DNA of 63,063 bases, filler included, from Folioceros fuciformis (taxonomy: Eukaryota), in assembly GCA_049999805.1 (NCBI GenBank). It is 3 parts of 3 records of this genome, joined end to end, with 100 filler letters (N's around TTAATTAATTAA, not from the genome) between each part and the next. Parts side by side here need not be neighbours in the genome. Positions count along the whole stretch, not along the records: positions 17,505 to 38,552 come from JBNGIO010004199.1; 2 more parts are not named here. The stretch is one strand, 5' to 3'. The position numbers and the translations under genes are program-made. The notes below the pieces were generated by a model. That model had not been told where the DNA came from and did not search any database. It worked only from the letters and a program-made list of their open reading frames with translations. Shown in pieces: positions 24,770-36,373 of this stretch (position 1 is the stretch's first letter; every line of letters begins with the position of its first letter).

Positions 24770-25450
24770 TCTTGACTCTTGGCTCGACCTTGTATCTAGG
24801 CTTTCATAATCGCTCCTACTACATTTTCTACTACGATGAGTTTTGCCTTGGTTTGGTCCAATCTTTAGCTTGCCCTCTCTCCTCTTGCAGTTGTGGGGTG
24901 CGATTAAACAACCCTAGTACTCATCTGGCTCGTTGCGGGGTGCGAGTAAACAACCCTGGTACTCATCTTGCTCATTGCGTGGTTGTGGGTTAATAGATTG
25001 CTTTGCACAACACTATGCGAAATATCATGTTTTCGTTGGCCAAGGAGGCTAGTTTTTTGCCCTACAGGGAGTGCCCTTATACTCTATTTAGCGGCATTTC
25101 TCTTCGAGTTGACCTTTTCATCATCCAAGGAAACATTACGTTTTCATTGCTTATGTGGTCGTAATTGACCCTACAAAGGTCTTGGTCTGTGCGCATATAT
25201 GTTGTCCTCAACTCCCTAGGTTGGGCTGCAAAGAGGAGTGCATCCGCCAAGATTCACAAGTACACCCTCTAGAGTCTAAACACACCTTTGTCCCCCTTGC
25301 CATTGAGACCCACACAGCTATGTGCCAAGCATTTTCCAAGGTTTTGAAGTCTAGTGCCAAGGCGGTTCATAATAGGAAAATGGGATTGGTCTTCTTCTTT
25401 TGTGTATTGTAGTGTTCTTTCAGCAAAGGGTTGCTCTACTGCGAGCTTTA
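24770..25450 (+). mobile_element. Decayed 3' end of a non-LTR retrotransposon with restriction-like endonuclease (CRE-like)
   Basis: CSCG..L...GTHLAHC knuckle, LHNTMRNIMFSLAKEA, VVIDPT, AKIHKY, HTFVPLAIET and FQQRVAL motifs spread across frameshifts; homologous to 47637-47960 on the minus strand. Confidence 0.65.
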
Positions 25451-25831
25451 GGTATTGTTGTATAGAGAATGACGGTATTAACATCGGTAACGGAAGGGGC
25501 GAAGTTAGCAACTCTAGAGGTAGGTAGACTCTTTCTCGTTTTGGACCTCTTCCATTAGATTTAGAAAGTATATTTTTTGAAATAATGGTATCACTGGATT
25601 TATCCCCATCACCCTTCATAATAGGGTAATAATATTCTAATTTAGTTTTATAAAACTATTCTCATTATTGACAAATCTTGGTACAAAAGATAACATCATT
25701 TGGTCATGTTATGGTTACAAATAGCCCTTACAAGAACTAGATTGAAAAAAGGTTTATTCTAAGAATTGAGATAGATTACTCCACCAATGAACTTTTTACA
25801 CAAAGACTTCAAGTAGATTGCTCGATTGGTT

Positions 25832-26626
25832 TTAGATCTTGTCTTCCATTTTTTTAGCCTTGATAAGGGGATTGGCCTTAATAATCTCAAGTTTACCTGC
25901 CTCCTTGAAATCAAAGGAACAAGTGTGGTCTTCAGGCAAGCGATGAGTGGGGCAAAACAACTTTTGGCATCGACATTTCATAGTGGTTAGGCTTAAACGT
26001 TTCTTGCACAGAAAGCAAAGGCTCCGTTTATGAAGTGGAGCTAAAATGGTAGCGGGCTCTTGGGCCACACTGACCTCTTCACTTATTGGAACCTCCTTTG
26101 TGTTTGGAAGTTGTGTGAGGAAGCAACGAGAGCACATACCGTTTGTACTTTTATCTCTAAAGAAGCCACATTGCTTGATGCAAAGTGTGCTCACAAAGAG
26201 ATTAGGGGAAGTGATCATTTGTTCATCTTTGCTTGGAACTGCAGCACTATTCTTGGCTTCTTGTGTGGAGGTGGTGCTAGATGATGTGGATTTTAAAGTC
26301 ATTGGCTCAACAATATCTTCAGCTCCAAGCGCAATAGACTTCTCCACTTCTTGCTTAAAGGTGTCCACTGCAATTGCTGCTTGCGAAGCCTCTAGCTGGG
26401 TAATGGCTCCACGATTAAGTGCCACTTCTTGCTTGTAGCTAACAACCGCATTTGTTGAATCTTTGTTGAAGACAACATATTTTGTTGTCAATTTTAAGTC
26501 TTGAGACTTGGCTAAAGCTTTGAGTTCTTGCTTGTAGCATATTGAGCACATGTTACTAGTCTCAACCCGTCCAAAGAATCCACATCCCTTCACACAAAGT
26601 CTCGGCTCTTCTGTCCTCCTATCCAT
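25832..26626 (-). CDS. SAP: A20/AN1 zinc-finger stress-associated protein with two A20 domains and one AN1 domain (264 aa, intronless)
   Basis: LCVKGCGFFGRVETSNMCSICYK; LCIKQCGFFRDKSTNGMCSRCF; CFLCKKRLSLTTMKCRCQKLFCPTHRLPEDHTCSFDFK...IIKANPLIKAKK. Confidence 0.9.
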   Translation of the reverse strand: MDRRTEEPRLCVKGCGFFGRVETSNMCSICYKQELKALAKSQDLKLTTKYVVFNKDSTNAVVSYKQEVALNRGAITQLEASQAAIAVDTFKQEVEKSIALGAEDIVEPMTLKSTSSSTTSTQEAKNSAAVPSKDEQMITSPNLFVSTLCIKQCGFFRDKSTNGMCSRCFLTQLPNTKEVPISEEVSVAQEPATILAPLHKRSLCFLCKKRLSLTTMKCRCQKLFCPTHRLPEDHTCSFDFKEAGKLEIIKANPLIKAKKMEDKI

Positions 26627-26652
26627 GGTAAGAAAAGAGATACTCACAAGTG

Positions 26653-26820
26653 AAAGGTGATTATGACTATTTTTGAAATGAGTGCTAAGTAGATATGAAT
26701 GGGTGTACATAAAACCTACGGACACACTTATAGCGGAAAAGGTGATTAAGACTATTTTTGAAATAAGTGCTAAGTAGATATGGATGAGTGTATATAGAAC
26801 CTCCCTACACACTTATAGCT
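26653..26820. repeat. ~85-bp tandem duplication in the SAP upstream region
   Basis: AAAGGTGATTA(T/A)GACTATTTTTGAAAT...ACACTTATAGC occurs twice. Confidence 0.85.
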
Positions 26821-27103
26821 ATGAAATGCTATGTTATGTTTTTTAATCTCGGAGCTTATTAAATCTACTAAGAAATATGTTAAATCGTTAACAATGTTTC
26901 CTTGAACTATGGTACATTCATGTCATGAAATCTAACCACCAAGTTATCGGGTAATGTTATTTATTCTAAATGCCATTACTATTGTAGGCACTTCACTATG
27001 ATTTTAAATGATATTTTAAGCACCATATCAAGTGGGCTAACTCAACTAAGTTATACTATACTAAAACCTTTTTGTCCCTCCCTTAGAGCAGGGTTTCTAA
27101 TAT

Positions 27104-27300
27104 GTTTTTCTTTTAATTAAGTCTTTGCAAGTTATCTATTAGTTTTTAAGTTTCATAATTATAATTGATGACATGAATTTACTATAGTTTAAGGAAATAA
27201 TCTCTTTTCTTTGAATTAAGTCTTTGTAACTTATCCATTAGCATGTAGTTTTCATTATTATAATTAATGACATGAATGTACCATAGTTCAAGGAAACATT
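27104..27300. repeat. ~99-bp tandem duplication between the SAP copies
   Basis: AATTAAGTCTTTG...ATGACATGAAT...ATAGTT.AAGGAAA occurs twice. Confidence 0.8.
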
Positions 27301-27433
27301 GTTAATGAAGTAGCATATTTCTTGGCATATATGTGTATAGGGGTTTAATGTATATTTAGTTATAACTACTCGGGCACTTATTTGAAAAATAGTCATAATC
27401 ATCATCTACCTTTGAATATTTTTTTCTCATAGC

Positions 27434-28191
27434 ATGGATAGGAAGGAAGAGCTCTTCAGACTTTGTGTGAAAGGATGTGGATTCTTTGGATGGATTGAAA
27501 CTCTTAACATGTGCTTAGTTTGCTACAAGCAAGAAATTGAGGCTTTAGCTATGAAAGGATGTGGATTCTTTGGATGGATTGAAACTCTTAACATGTGCTC
27601 AGTTTGCTACAAGCAAGAAATTAAGGCTTTAGCTGAGCCTCGAGCTCTAAAATTGACAACATCCACTATCTTCAAGGAATATTCAAGAATTGCGGCTGCC
27701 ACCACGAAGCAAGAAATGGACCCCAAGCTTGTAGATTCTATGATAACAACTACCTCTCAGCATGAAGTAAGACAAAAGGCGACACTTAATATTGGAGGTA
27801 TGACCCCCTAGTCTTTCAATACCCACACTTTGTATCAAGCAATGTGGATTCTTTGGAGATCAAAGTACAAATGGTATGTGCTCTCATTGCTCCTTCACAC
27901 ACCTTCCAAACACAAAGGATGTTCCAAAAAGCAAAGGGGTTAGTGTGGCCCAAGAGCCCACTGCCATTTTAGCTCTACTTCAAAATCAGAAACGAAGGTT
28001 GTGCTTTGTGTGCAAGAAGCATTTAAGCCTAACCGCCATGAAATGTCGGTGTGGAAAGGTGTTTTGCCCCACTCATCGCTTGCCCGAAGACCATGATTGT
28101 TTCTTTGATTTCAAGGCAGCAAGCAAACTTGAGATTGTAAAGGCATTTAAATCCCTTTATCAAGGCTGAAAAAATGAAAGACAAGATCTAA
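27434..28191 (+). pseudogene. Inverted SAP pseudogene copy (first A20 duplicated in tandem, frameshifts, premature stop)
   Basis: MDRKEELFRLCVKGCGFFG with an 84-bp repeat of the A20; stop at 27811; LCIKQCGFFG in another frame; AN1 intact; frameshift before KAEKMKDKI*. Confidence 0.88.
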
Positions 28192-29926
28192 AACCAAGGG
28201 GGGAATGTACTCAAATTCTATATGTGAAGGGCTGATTGGCTAAGTAATCTGTGTGCAGTCTTAGAATAAAGAGTTTATTAATCTAGTTCTTGTAATGGTT
28301 GTAAGAATAACATGACCAATGATGTTAGCTTTTGTAGTAAATACAAATAATATGAATATTGTTTTAATAAAACTAAACTAGAATAAGATTGCCTTGATTT
28401 CAGGGGTGATTCGGGGTAAATTAATTAAAACTTGTGAATATAAAATAAAAGAAATTCATACAAGGAAAACTACACCCTCACATTGTTCTAGGGTTGGAAT
28501 AAGGAAGACATCCCCACAAACCAGCCTCTAATTGAATGACCTCCTGGTGGTGCAGCGAGCACCTTCTAAGGGGGCAATAACGACAGAAGAGGTGGATAGG
28601 GCAAAGAACTCCTAGTTGGGTTGGCCGTCCACTTGGACTACAACGAAAGGCACAACATTGGATTGTCCAGAGTGATGGGATGACAATTGTCATGGCATAC
28701 AAGAGAATGAATAAGTTAGAGGTAAGGGAGACACCCATGAAGATAGAGATGCCTCTTGCGATTGGGAGGAAGGTAATGGAGAAGAAGAAGAAAATTCTTT
28801 AGGTAAGAGTAAGGAGCCATGCCCTCTCCTTAAAGGATGTGTAGATGGATCATCCAATGGGATCATTGTGGAGGGTGAGATCTTAGAGGTGAGAGACTCA
28901 TCAAAGGAAAAGAGGTAGCAAGCAAGACCTCTATTAAGTTTGGGGAGCAAGGGGCCTTTACAGAGCAAGCAGAGAGTGTAGAGTCCTCATATAATGTGCT
29001 CAGTTCTTATTATGGTTAAGGGAGGTTCCTATTGTCGCATGCAATATTCTTAAGGGGGGTAGGAAGGGACCTACCCTCTTAGATTTGAAATAGTTGGAGC
29101 AAAGAGCATGGCAACTATGGGGAGGCAAGGGCTAATGGGCTTGGTAAGGCAGGCTTTAGAAAAAGGCCTATCTTTACAGAGTAGAATGGTAGCCTTGAAT
29201 GAAGTATTGCTAGGGGTGTATAGTCGTAAGGAGTAGGGGCCATGTGGTGATGGATGGCTATGGTTAGGTTTAGTTGGTGGGAGTAGTAGATAGGGCTACA
29301 AAGGCCAAGAAGGGTTGCTAAGCAATAGATAGGGCTAGGAAGGCCAAGAAGGTAGCTTAGCAACCATTAGGCGATGGTAGGAAGAAAATGTCCGTATGTC
29401 CGCAGAAATTACATATTCCCCATTGCTGAAGGTAAGACAAGGTACCCGCGTACTCGCTCACCAAAGGAAACCGGTATAATATTCGGCTGCCAAACTTGTT
29501 CGGGATGCAAAAGGTTATGCCCTCAACCTAGACTACATATGTAGTTGAGTTTACGTGTGGTTGCACACAGTCGCAAGTTTGTTTTCGTACAGTGGAGGGT
29601 AGCTGGACCGGTGCTGCTGACGAGTGGTGCGTGTTTCCTTATTATTCTGATCTTCTCGGCAGCTGAGCGTACAGATTTTGCTGTTCATGTCTCGTCGCAA
29701 GGCGAAGATGTCCAGGCCGCTAGCCTGCAGGCGCGTGGTCGTGGCCGTGAATCTTGTCCCAAGCATTGTGGAAGGATTGGAGTGACCGCTTCTACCCCTA
29801 CAGGCATGCATCAAGTGCTGAGCTACTCTGCACTGGTGTCTAAGGGCGAGGGGCATGGAAATTCAAGCCACAGCCGCACAAGGACACTTATGATCAAGCG
29901 TGAGGGCCCTGCGCGCAAGAGATTCA

Positions 29927-30936
29927 ATGCAGGCACTGGCTTCCCGTCCTCTTCAGTGTGAGAGCGGGGCCATCTGGGCGGGGCAGTGGAAGCAGGCAAT
30001 TTGCCGCCATACCCTAGGTGGGTCACTGCCTCACGTGAGCCGCGGTCTTGCCGCAATGCATGTGCTGACACTCGCTGATGGCAGCAGCGTGGAGTGGGAG
30101 GAAGAGGACGAGAGTTCTGCTTCCAGTGCGATCCGAGGCCTCTTCCTCCAGCGGGTTCCGAGTGCGCCGTCCCAACGCTTTTTCCAGCAAGCAGATCGTC
30201 ATCCGGGAGCCCAAATTTGCGGAATTCTGGGAAGTCGCGGACCTGCACTGCTGTTCCTTCTTCCCTGATCTCACATTCCCGATGGACGTGGTTCTGCGGA
30301 GTGACAGGTCAGATTGCTTGCTTGCTGGCAGTCCCGATTCCGGGTCTGAGTCCGAGTCCGGTTGCTGGTTGGGATAACCGACTGACGGGGGCGGGCCCGT
30401 GCACAGGGTGATGAGCATGCTGGGAGGTTTTTACGCACCGCCGGGTCTGAGGAAGGAAAGCCTGGTGGCCGTGGAGAGCGGCCTGAGCTCTGGTCCTGTC
30501 ATCTCTGGAGCCGCCACAGTCGACACCTTGGCCGACTTCCTGCCTCGTCGCAGACCTTTCTCTCGCCGAAGGTACCATGACCATGACCCTGGCCATGGCT
30601 ATGTCGGTGCTGGACGTCGGCAGATGTCTCCAACCCATGGCTTCAATGTGCAGGGCCGGCATTGCATACCTCTCTAACGTGGCTGTGAGGCCCAGAAGGC
30701 GGCGGCGGGGCATCGCCAGGCAGCTGGTGAGAGAGGCCGAGCGGAAGGCAAGAGCGTGGGGCTGCCGGTCCATCGCGCTCCACTGCGACATGAAAAATGC
30801 GGGAGCGGCTGCGCTTTACCTCACGGAAGGCTACAGGGTTGTTCCCATACCCAAGGGAGCATCGTGGCCCCAACCCAAAGCGATACCGGGCTCTGACTTC
30901 CAATTGATGTTAAAGTTGCTGTCCGGCAGCGGCTAG
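29927..30936 (+). CDS. GNAT10: Plastid GNAT-family acetyltransferase, Arabidopsis GNAT10-like; exons 29927-30017 (tentative), 30085-30307, 30407-30571, 30654-30936
   Basis: WEVADLHCCSFFP..FPMD.VLR.DR, TVDTLADFLPR, GIAYLSNVAVR..RRRRGIARQL, WGCRSIALHCD, IPKGASWPQPK; GT-AG introns keep the frame; alternative start at ATG 30078. Confidence 0.88.
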
Positions 30937-33342
30937 GGCGCGCTGCTCTACCTACTACCCTGGCCTCAATGTGCCACCGGCAACTTCACATGACACCGAC
31001 CAAGAAGGTGACCAGCTCTCACAATCTGCCTCTCACCCACACACCTTTCTTGTGAAGCAGGCAACTTGTGTGCACTTGATTGACACTGGCCAGGCAGGGA
31101 CTTGGTCACACAATCCAAGTTGGTCACGCTCTGGTCAGCCTGCGGGGCTGCCATGCCACTAAGTTCATACAGAATCTGCAGTTCCAACACCGGGCCGAAC
31201 TGAGGACACCTCAGGGCTGCAATCCCAAAAGCATTCTTTGCGAGTCTGGCAGCACTCTTGTGAATCGAGAAAACATCTGTTAGGTTTCGCTGAAGCATGT
31301 CCTCCTCCCAATCGGTCGGCTTGGTCGCCGGGGCCGAGCTGGCCCCTAGTGTCTCTTCGCTTCGGTATTGGAAGTGGGAAATGGACAGGTTTCTGGGCAG
31401 GAGGGCGACCGTCATGTTACCTGCCGCTGGGCTGCAACCCGGCTTATTTCTTTCAGCTTTTAGTGGGTGGCGTAGCTGATAAAGCCTAGCCTGGTTGTTG
31501 GCCCCTGTACAAGCGTGGGAAGTACATGAAGTCTGAGTCAAAGTCACCGACGTTGCCGCACGGGTTACAGCTTCCTCGACGTCTTCTTGAAACAAGACGG
31601 AAGTAGGAGTCGTCGTCCGACAAACGCCATCCGTACATGTACACGGTACATACATTCAGGAGTGTGTAGCGAGTCAAATTCCGGAAATATCTAACCTAAC
31701 CACGACGAACCACAGGCGACAATGGTGTGACGAAAGATCGCGCCTCCTGTTGGAGTGTTTATTTTCGGTCGGGCAGCTAATGTGAAGATTTGTTTATTTT
31801 TGGTCGGGCACAGTGCAGTTGATGGTGGCTAAGTGCGCTGCAGTGAAGGCAAGATTCAACAGTCAGTGTTGCGCTTTTTCCCCAATAGCATGTCTTCTGC
31901 GCTTGTTGCCCAGTAGCATGTCTTCTTCAACTAGAATTATTTGAAACTCACTAAGGCAATAGGAACACAATCTTAGAACAATTTTAACGGTGGGTGGAGT
32001 TTGGACTTTTGGGTAGTAAGGACATTGCTGGAGATAGCTTGAGCGTTTTATTTGCGGTGTGTTTTGCATAGATATGGATGTTTGTGGGGTGGGGTGGTGC
32101 TGATTGATCAAGGCAAAAAGGTTCTAGGGTGAACTTTTAAAATTTCTTGATCTGAGCTACATACACCATAGGTAAACATCGCAAGACCATCTACAAGCCA
32201 TGAACTTTCAAAAGCTACATAGACCAGAGATGGACATCTAAGATAATCTGTAAGCCCATGAATTGCAAAGGGCATGGTGCAAACTTCCAAGGATTGCCTG
32301 GGTAGGTATAGCATGAAGGTTGAGTAAAGTTATTGCCTTAAGTTACAATTTGTATAACATCACTTGTAGTAGAAATGTAATGCTATCGACGACATTTGCA
32401 AACACATATGTAGCATACAAGGGCTACAAATTGTGAGCAATGTCTTCAAGAATTGCGATTTGGAGAGAATAGCAAAGTTGATTCAATGAGTGTTATGATG
32501 CCTGTGGATAACTTAGGCAGTTGTACATCATGATATGACCTCCCATAGACACGTTAAGACTTGAAAGTTAAAAAAAAAAAATTTGAAGTTGGAGATTTTA
32601 TTGAACTACGCTTTGAGGGTGGGAAATGTTGGGAGCAAGGATTTATCGGGCAAGGAAGGGCGGCGCATGTTGGGTATGGGAGCAAGGAGTTGTGGAGTTG
32701 GAGGAGCACGATGGTTGGCCTTGCCAGAATCTTGTGCGTCACTTGGCACCTTGGATACTGCTTAAACTCAACCTCGAGCCTAGAAACCACCAATCGATCT
32801 TCCTTGTGAATGTCGTGGACTGATCTCGAAAGGATGCTTCTATGCCACAATACGCAACCAGCACCGTCTCACTGACTTTTTTTTTTTTTTTCCCAGCCAC
32901 CACTTCAAACGATTCCCCAAGACGAGTGGGTTTTGCCAATGACGTGAGATGCAGGCGACAGGACTCACGTTCAAGCGAGCTGGGGGGACTCAGTGTGAAG
33001 TGCAGCAGCAGTGCAGGGTCCCCCACTTGAGGTTCGCTGAGTTCAATGCGATGCCACAAGGGCCCGACTTCGATGCACTCGGAGGCTGGCAACAAGAAAA
33101 GCACCGACAACGTGATCGAATCATGCAATGGACCAACCGTAGCTCGGAGAATTGGTTGTAAGAAAAGCGCATGTGAGGCCCGCTGACGCCGAGTGCAAGG
33201 GGGATGCTTCTTGACTTACTAACGGGCCCTAGTAACAGTTCAACGGAAGAACGGTTTGCGATGTAGATGGAAAGCACAGTGGGTGGGCGGGCGAGATGCC
33301 GCTTGAGAGATATGTGTATGAAATTATTAAACCAAATGGGCA

Positions 33343-33409
33343 TGTGCATGAATTGAGTGGTTTCAAAACGATGGTGCATGAATTGAGTGGTTTCAAAACG
33401 ATGGTGCAT
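33343..33409. repeat. 30-bp tandem duplication
   Basis: GTGCATGAATTGAGTGGTTTCAAAACGATG x2. Confidence 0.85.
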
Positions 33410-36373
33410 GCGGTAAGTATGAAAACGAATTCGCCTGGGGCTTCATCTGGCAATTTCACTTTCCGGTTTACACGATCACAAGTGGTGCCTTCCATCACTT
33501 TAAACGCAACTGCAATTCATTGCCAACAGAAAGACGGTGGCCATAGACGTGAGAGATGTCACCGCTATCACTGGCAGTTGGGGTGCCAAGCCAATCAGAG
33601 TCGGCGTGCACCGCAAGCAAGTCTGTGCCCGATTCGGTCCAAAAGGCTTCAGGCTACTAAAAGAGTGCTGAACAGCAAGAGAGCCAAGCCCCTCGATACC
33701 GTACTAGGGTGAAGCCAGTTCTGCGACAGTGAAGCGAGAGCGCTGGTGCAAGTGGTGTGGATGAGGTGAGCAGCAACGCCAGTGACGGAGTATCAGAACA
33801 AACTTCAAACTACGGTGCTGTTGTAGTTGGTGCTTCGTGACCCAACATGCTCGGATGGTTGAGTCTCGGGACTTTTGCAGTTTATAAATCTAACAGTAGC
33901 TTCCCGTTTGTCACAGATCAACTCACAGACTTGCTTCAAGCGTGTGGGTAGGCGTGTTTCTCGGTTTCCCGGCGGACCATGGGAAGATAAATGAAACCCC
34001 CCTCCCCCGCCCTCCCGTATATTACTCACGTATCAACCAGTAAGCCGGAACGTACAGAATTGTTTTTTCGGCTGCAGGCTCACCTAGATATCAACTAGGA
34101 AGCCAAAGCGTATTGAACAGATATCTTTCTTTCTGGCGTTATGTCAACTAGTAAGACAAATGGTTCATAACATGTTCTGGAGCCCCGGGCTTTCCCCTGA
34201 AACCAGCTATCTAGTGTTCTACTTATGCATCACCTGCTGGATCATTGGCTTAAAGAAGGGTTGTTGTTGTGTAGAAAGAAGGAAAGGAGAAGCATCCAAA
34301 TTTGAGAAGCTTAAAGGTGTGGCTTAGCGACTTTTAAAGGGAAAAGGTAGGGCGTTATGTCATTGGCTACTCGTGCTTTATATATGCCTTTGCTTGTTTG
34401 AGAATTGGTTAGTTGGTGTGTTATGAGCCATGGTGGGGTGGAATTATAACAAATGAATGTACAAAGTGATGTGTTTTTTTATGGTCATACATTTTGTGGA
34501 GCCCCAAGGATGTGGAAGGAACATCCCATCACTATTGTTTATGTGGTGCGAACATCACATTACAACATGTTGCAACAATGTTAGTATGTTTGTTAGCAAT
34601 CTTATTAACCATTGACAAGTAATAATCAACTATGTCCATCATCTTGCTATGGTTTTAATCTTACAGTGAAAGAAAGATTTGTGAAGTGTAGTAGAGAACT
34701 ACATTTTATGAATGCAAAGTTGCAAACACCAAAATTATGAAAACGATAGGGAGGTGTCATATACGCATTAGGGGGAGTGCACCATTTCATTGCCTGTTAT
34801 GTGGAGTGTATTGAGTTTCCTTTTGTGTATAGTGTCCTCGTCCAACGATCTATCATATTGGTTGTAACTTGTACGCGATGAGTACATGCATAGAAACTAG
34901 GTTTAGCATATAGGAATGAGTTTCTTAACAAGATGAGATGAAAAAGACATGTATAACTTAAGTTTGAGATTGAGAAAGAGATGGAGAGGAGAAACTCATG
35001 TGTGCAAGTCCATACCATTCCGAGCTTGAGAAAGAGATAGGGAAGAGAAAATCTTATGCCCTAATCCAAGCTCTAGAAAGAGAAAAGTCATGTACTGAGA
35101 TGAGAGAGAGTAAGAAAGTTAAGCAGCAAAGGTAATGCATCTTGCAGGCTTAATAAAGAGAAATAGAATAAAATTTTCTTGAATTCTTGTGTGGATAAAG
35201 AACCATAGGCCTACAATTTTCTTTAAGGAGTAGGGAGAGCTGTTTGCGGCTGTTATGGGGGTTGGTTACTTATAAAGGCGTAGGCGTAGGCGTAGGCGTA
35301 GTGGTAGCGTGTGGTTTGCTGTTAACCGCGTGTGTGCCTGTGTGCCGAGTTATATGGGTTGTCGCTCCTGATCTAGGGTATTGGATTTTGGATTTGGCTT
35401 TTTTCTGTATTTCTCATTTTGAATTTGCGTGATATACAGTACCTGGAACAGACACTAATTGTGGGCAATACCTGCGTACTGTATGTATGTGTGTATGTAT
35501 AGGTTTGTGCGTGTGCAAGAAAAAGAAAAGAAAAGAAAAGCGTAGCGGTGGGTCCTGAGTGCTACAGACAGACGCTGTCTCCTGGCTCCCCGGCCCCAAC
35601 CCTTGCTCTCCCGACGAGGCCGTGTGCGTTGATGTTCCAGGGAGCGGACGATGTGTGCTGGAGGGGGTGATGAACGGCTTGCGCGGTCTAGGCAGCGGCA
35701 TCTGCTCCACCGCCGTTGCACACCGCTACAAGCTGGCGAGGCTTGGCCTCGCGGATGGGCTTGCCACCGCCACGGCATGAAATCGCAGAGCTAGCTGGTG
35801 AAGGACACAGGCCCTTGGCCTACCGCTGCCGCCGCCCTCCCGATCCAAACCTGGGACGCCGTTGCCGCTGGGAACCTTCTGAGGCTCCGCCTTTTCAGGC
35901 CTCGCCCTCGCTCTTTCCTTCACTCTACCAGGCCACTACTTGGTGGCATTCGCTACGCCCTGGAGGCTAGTGTTGTGCGCTCGGCTCGGCTCGGCTCAAG
36001 GGTTTTGCGGGGTGGCCGCCTCGGGGACCCCCATCGCCATCCGGCTGCGCGGGAGCCATCTGCGGCTCACAGCCTTTGAAAGTTTTGCTTAAGCTTGTGC
36101 GAATGCTGATGCTCGTGGGGTGCGGCTCTTGTCCTCGCTAGCTAGCTTTTCACATCTCCTCGACGAAGGTCTGCTTCTATCTCGGCGTGTTGGCTTTCGG
36201 ATTTCCTGCTCGCTGTGGCTGTGGTGGATCGGAGGGTGGAAGCGGAGGGAGAGGGGCCTCTTATGATGCTGCTGTGAGGTTGAGGCTCTGAGGTTGGTAT
36301 CTCTTGTTGTGCGCTGGCCCCTTTGTGAACACGTCCGCTTCTTCGAGTTTCAGGTTTCAGAGGAGGGGTCAAG

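Noticed and set aside
26627-26812. 62-aa hydrophobic N-terminal extension of the SAP ORF in the ORF track
   Set aside because: Non-ATG start within a tandemly duplicated AT-rich upstream region; the sister copy starts at the equivalent MDR
28450-29380. Possible further LINE remnant mirroring 23920-24700
   Set aside because: Similarity too weak to support by eye
30966-31655. 229-aa minus-strand ORF downstream of the GNAT gene
   Set aside because: No motif recognised; likely a chance ORF
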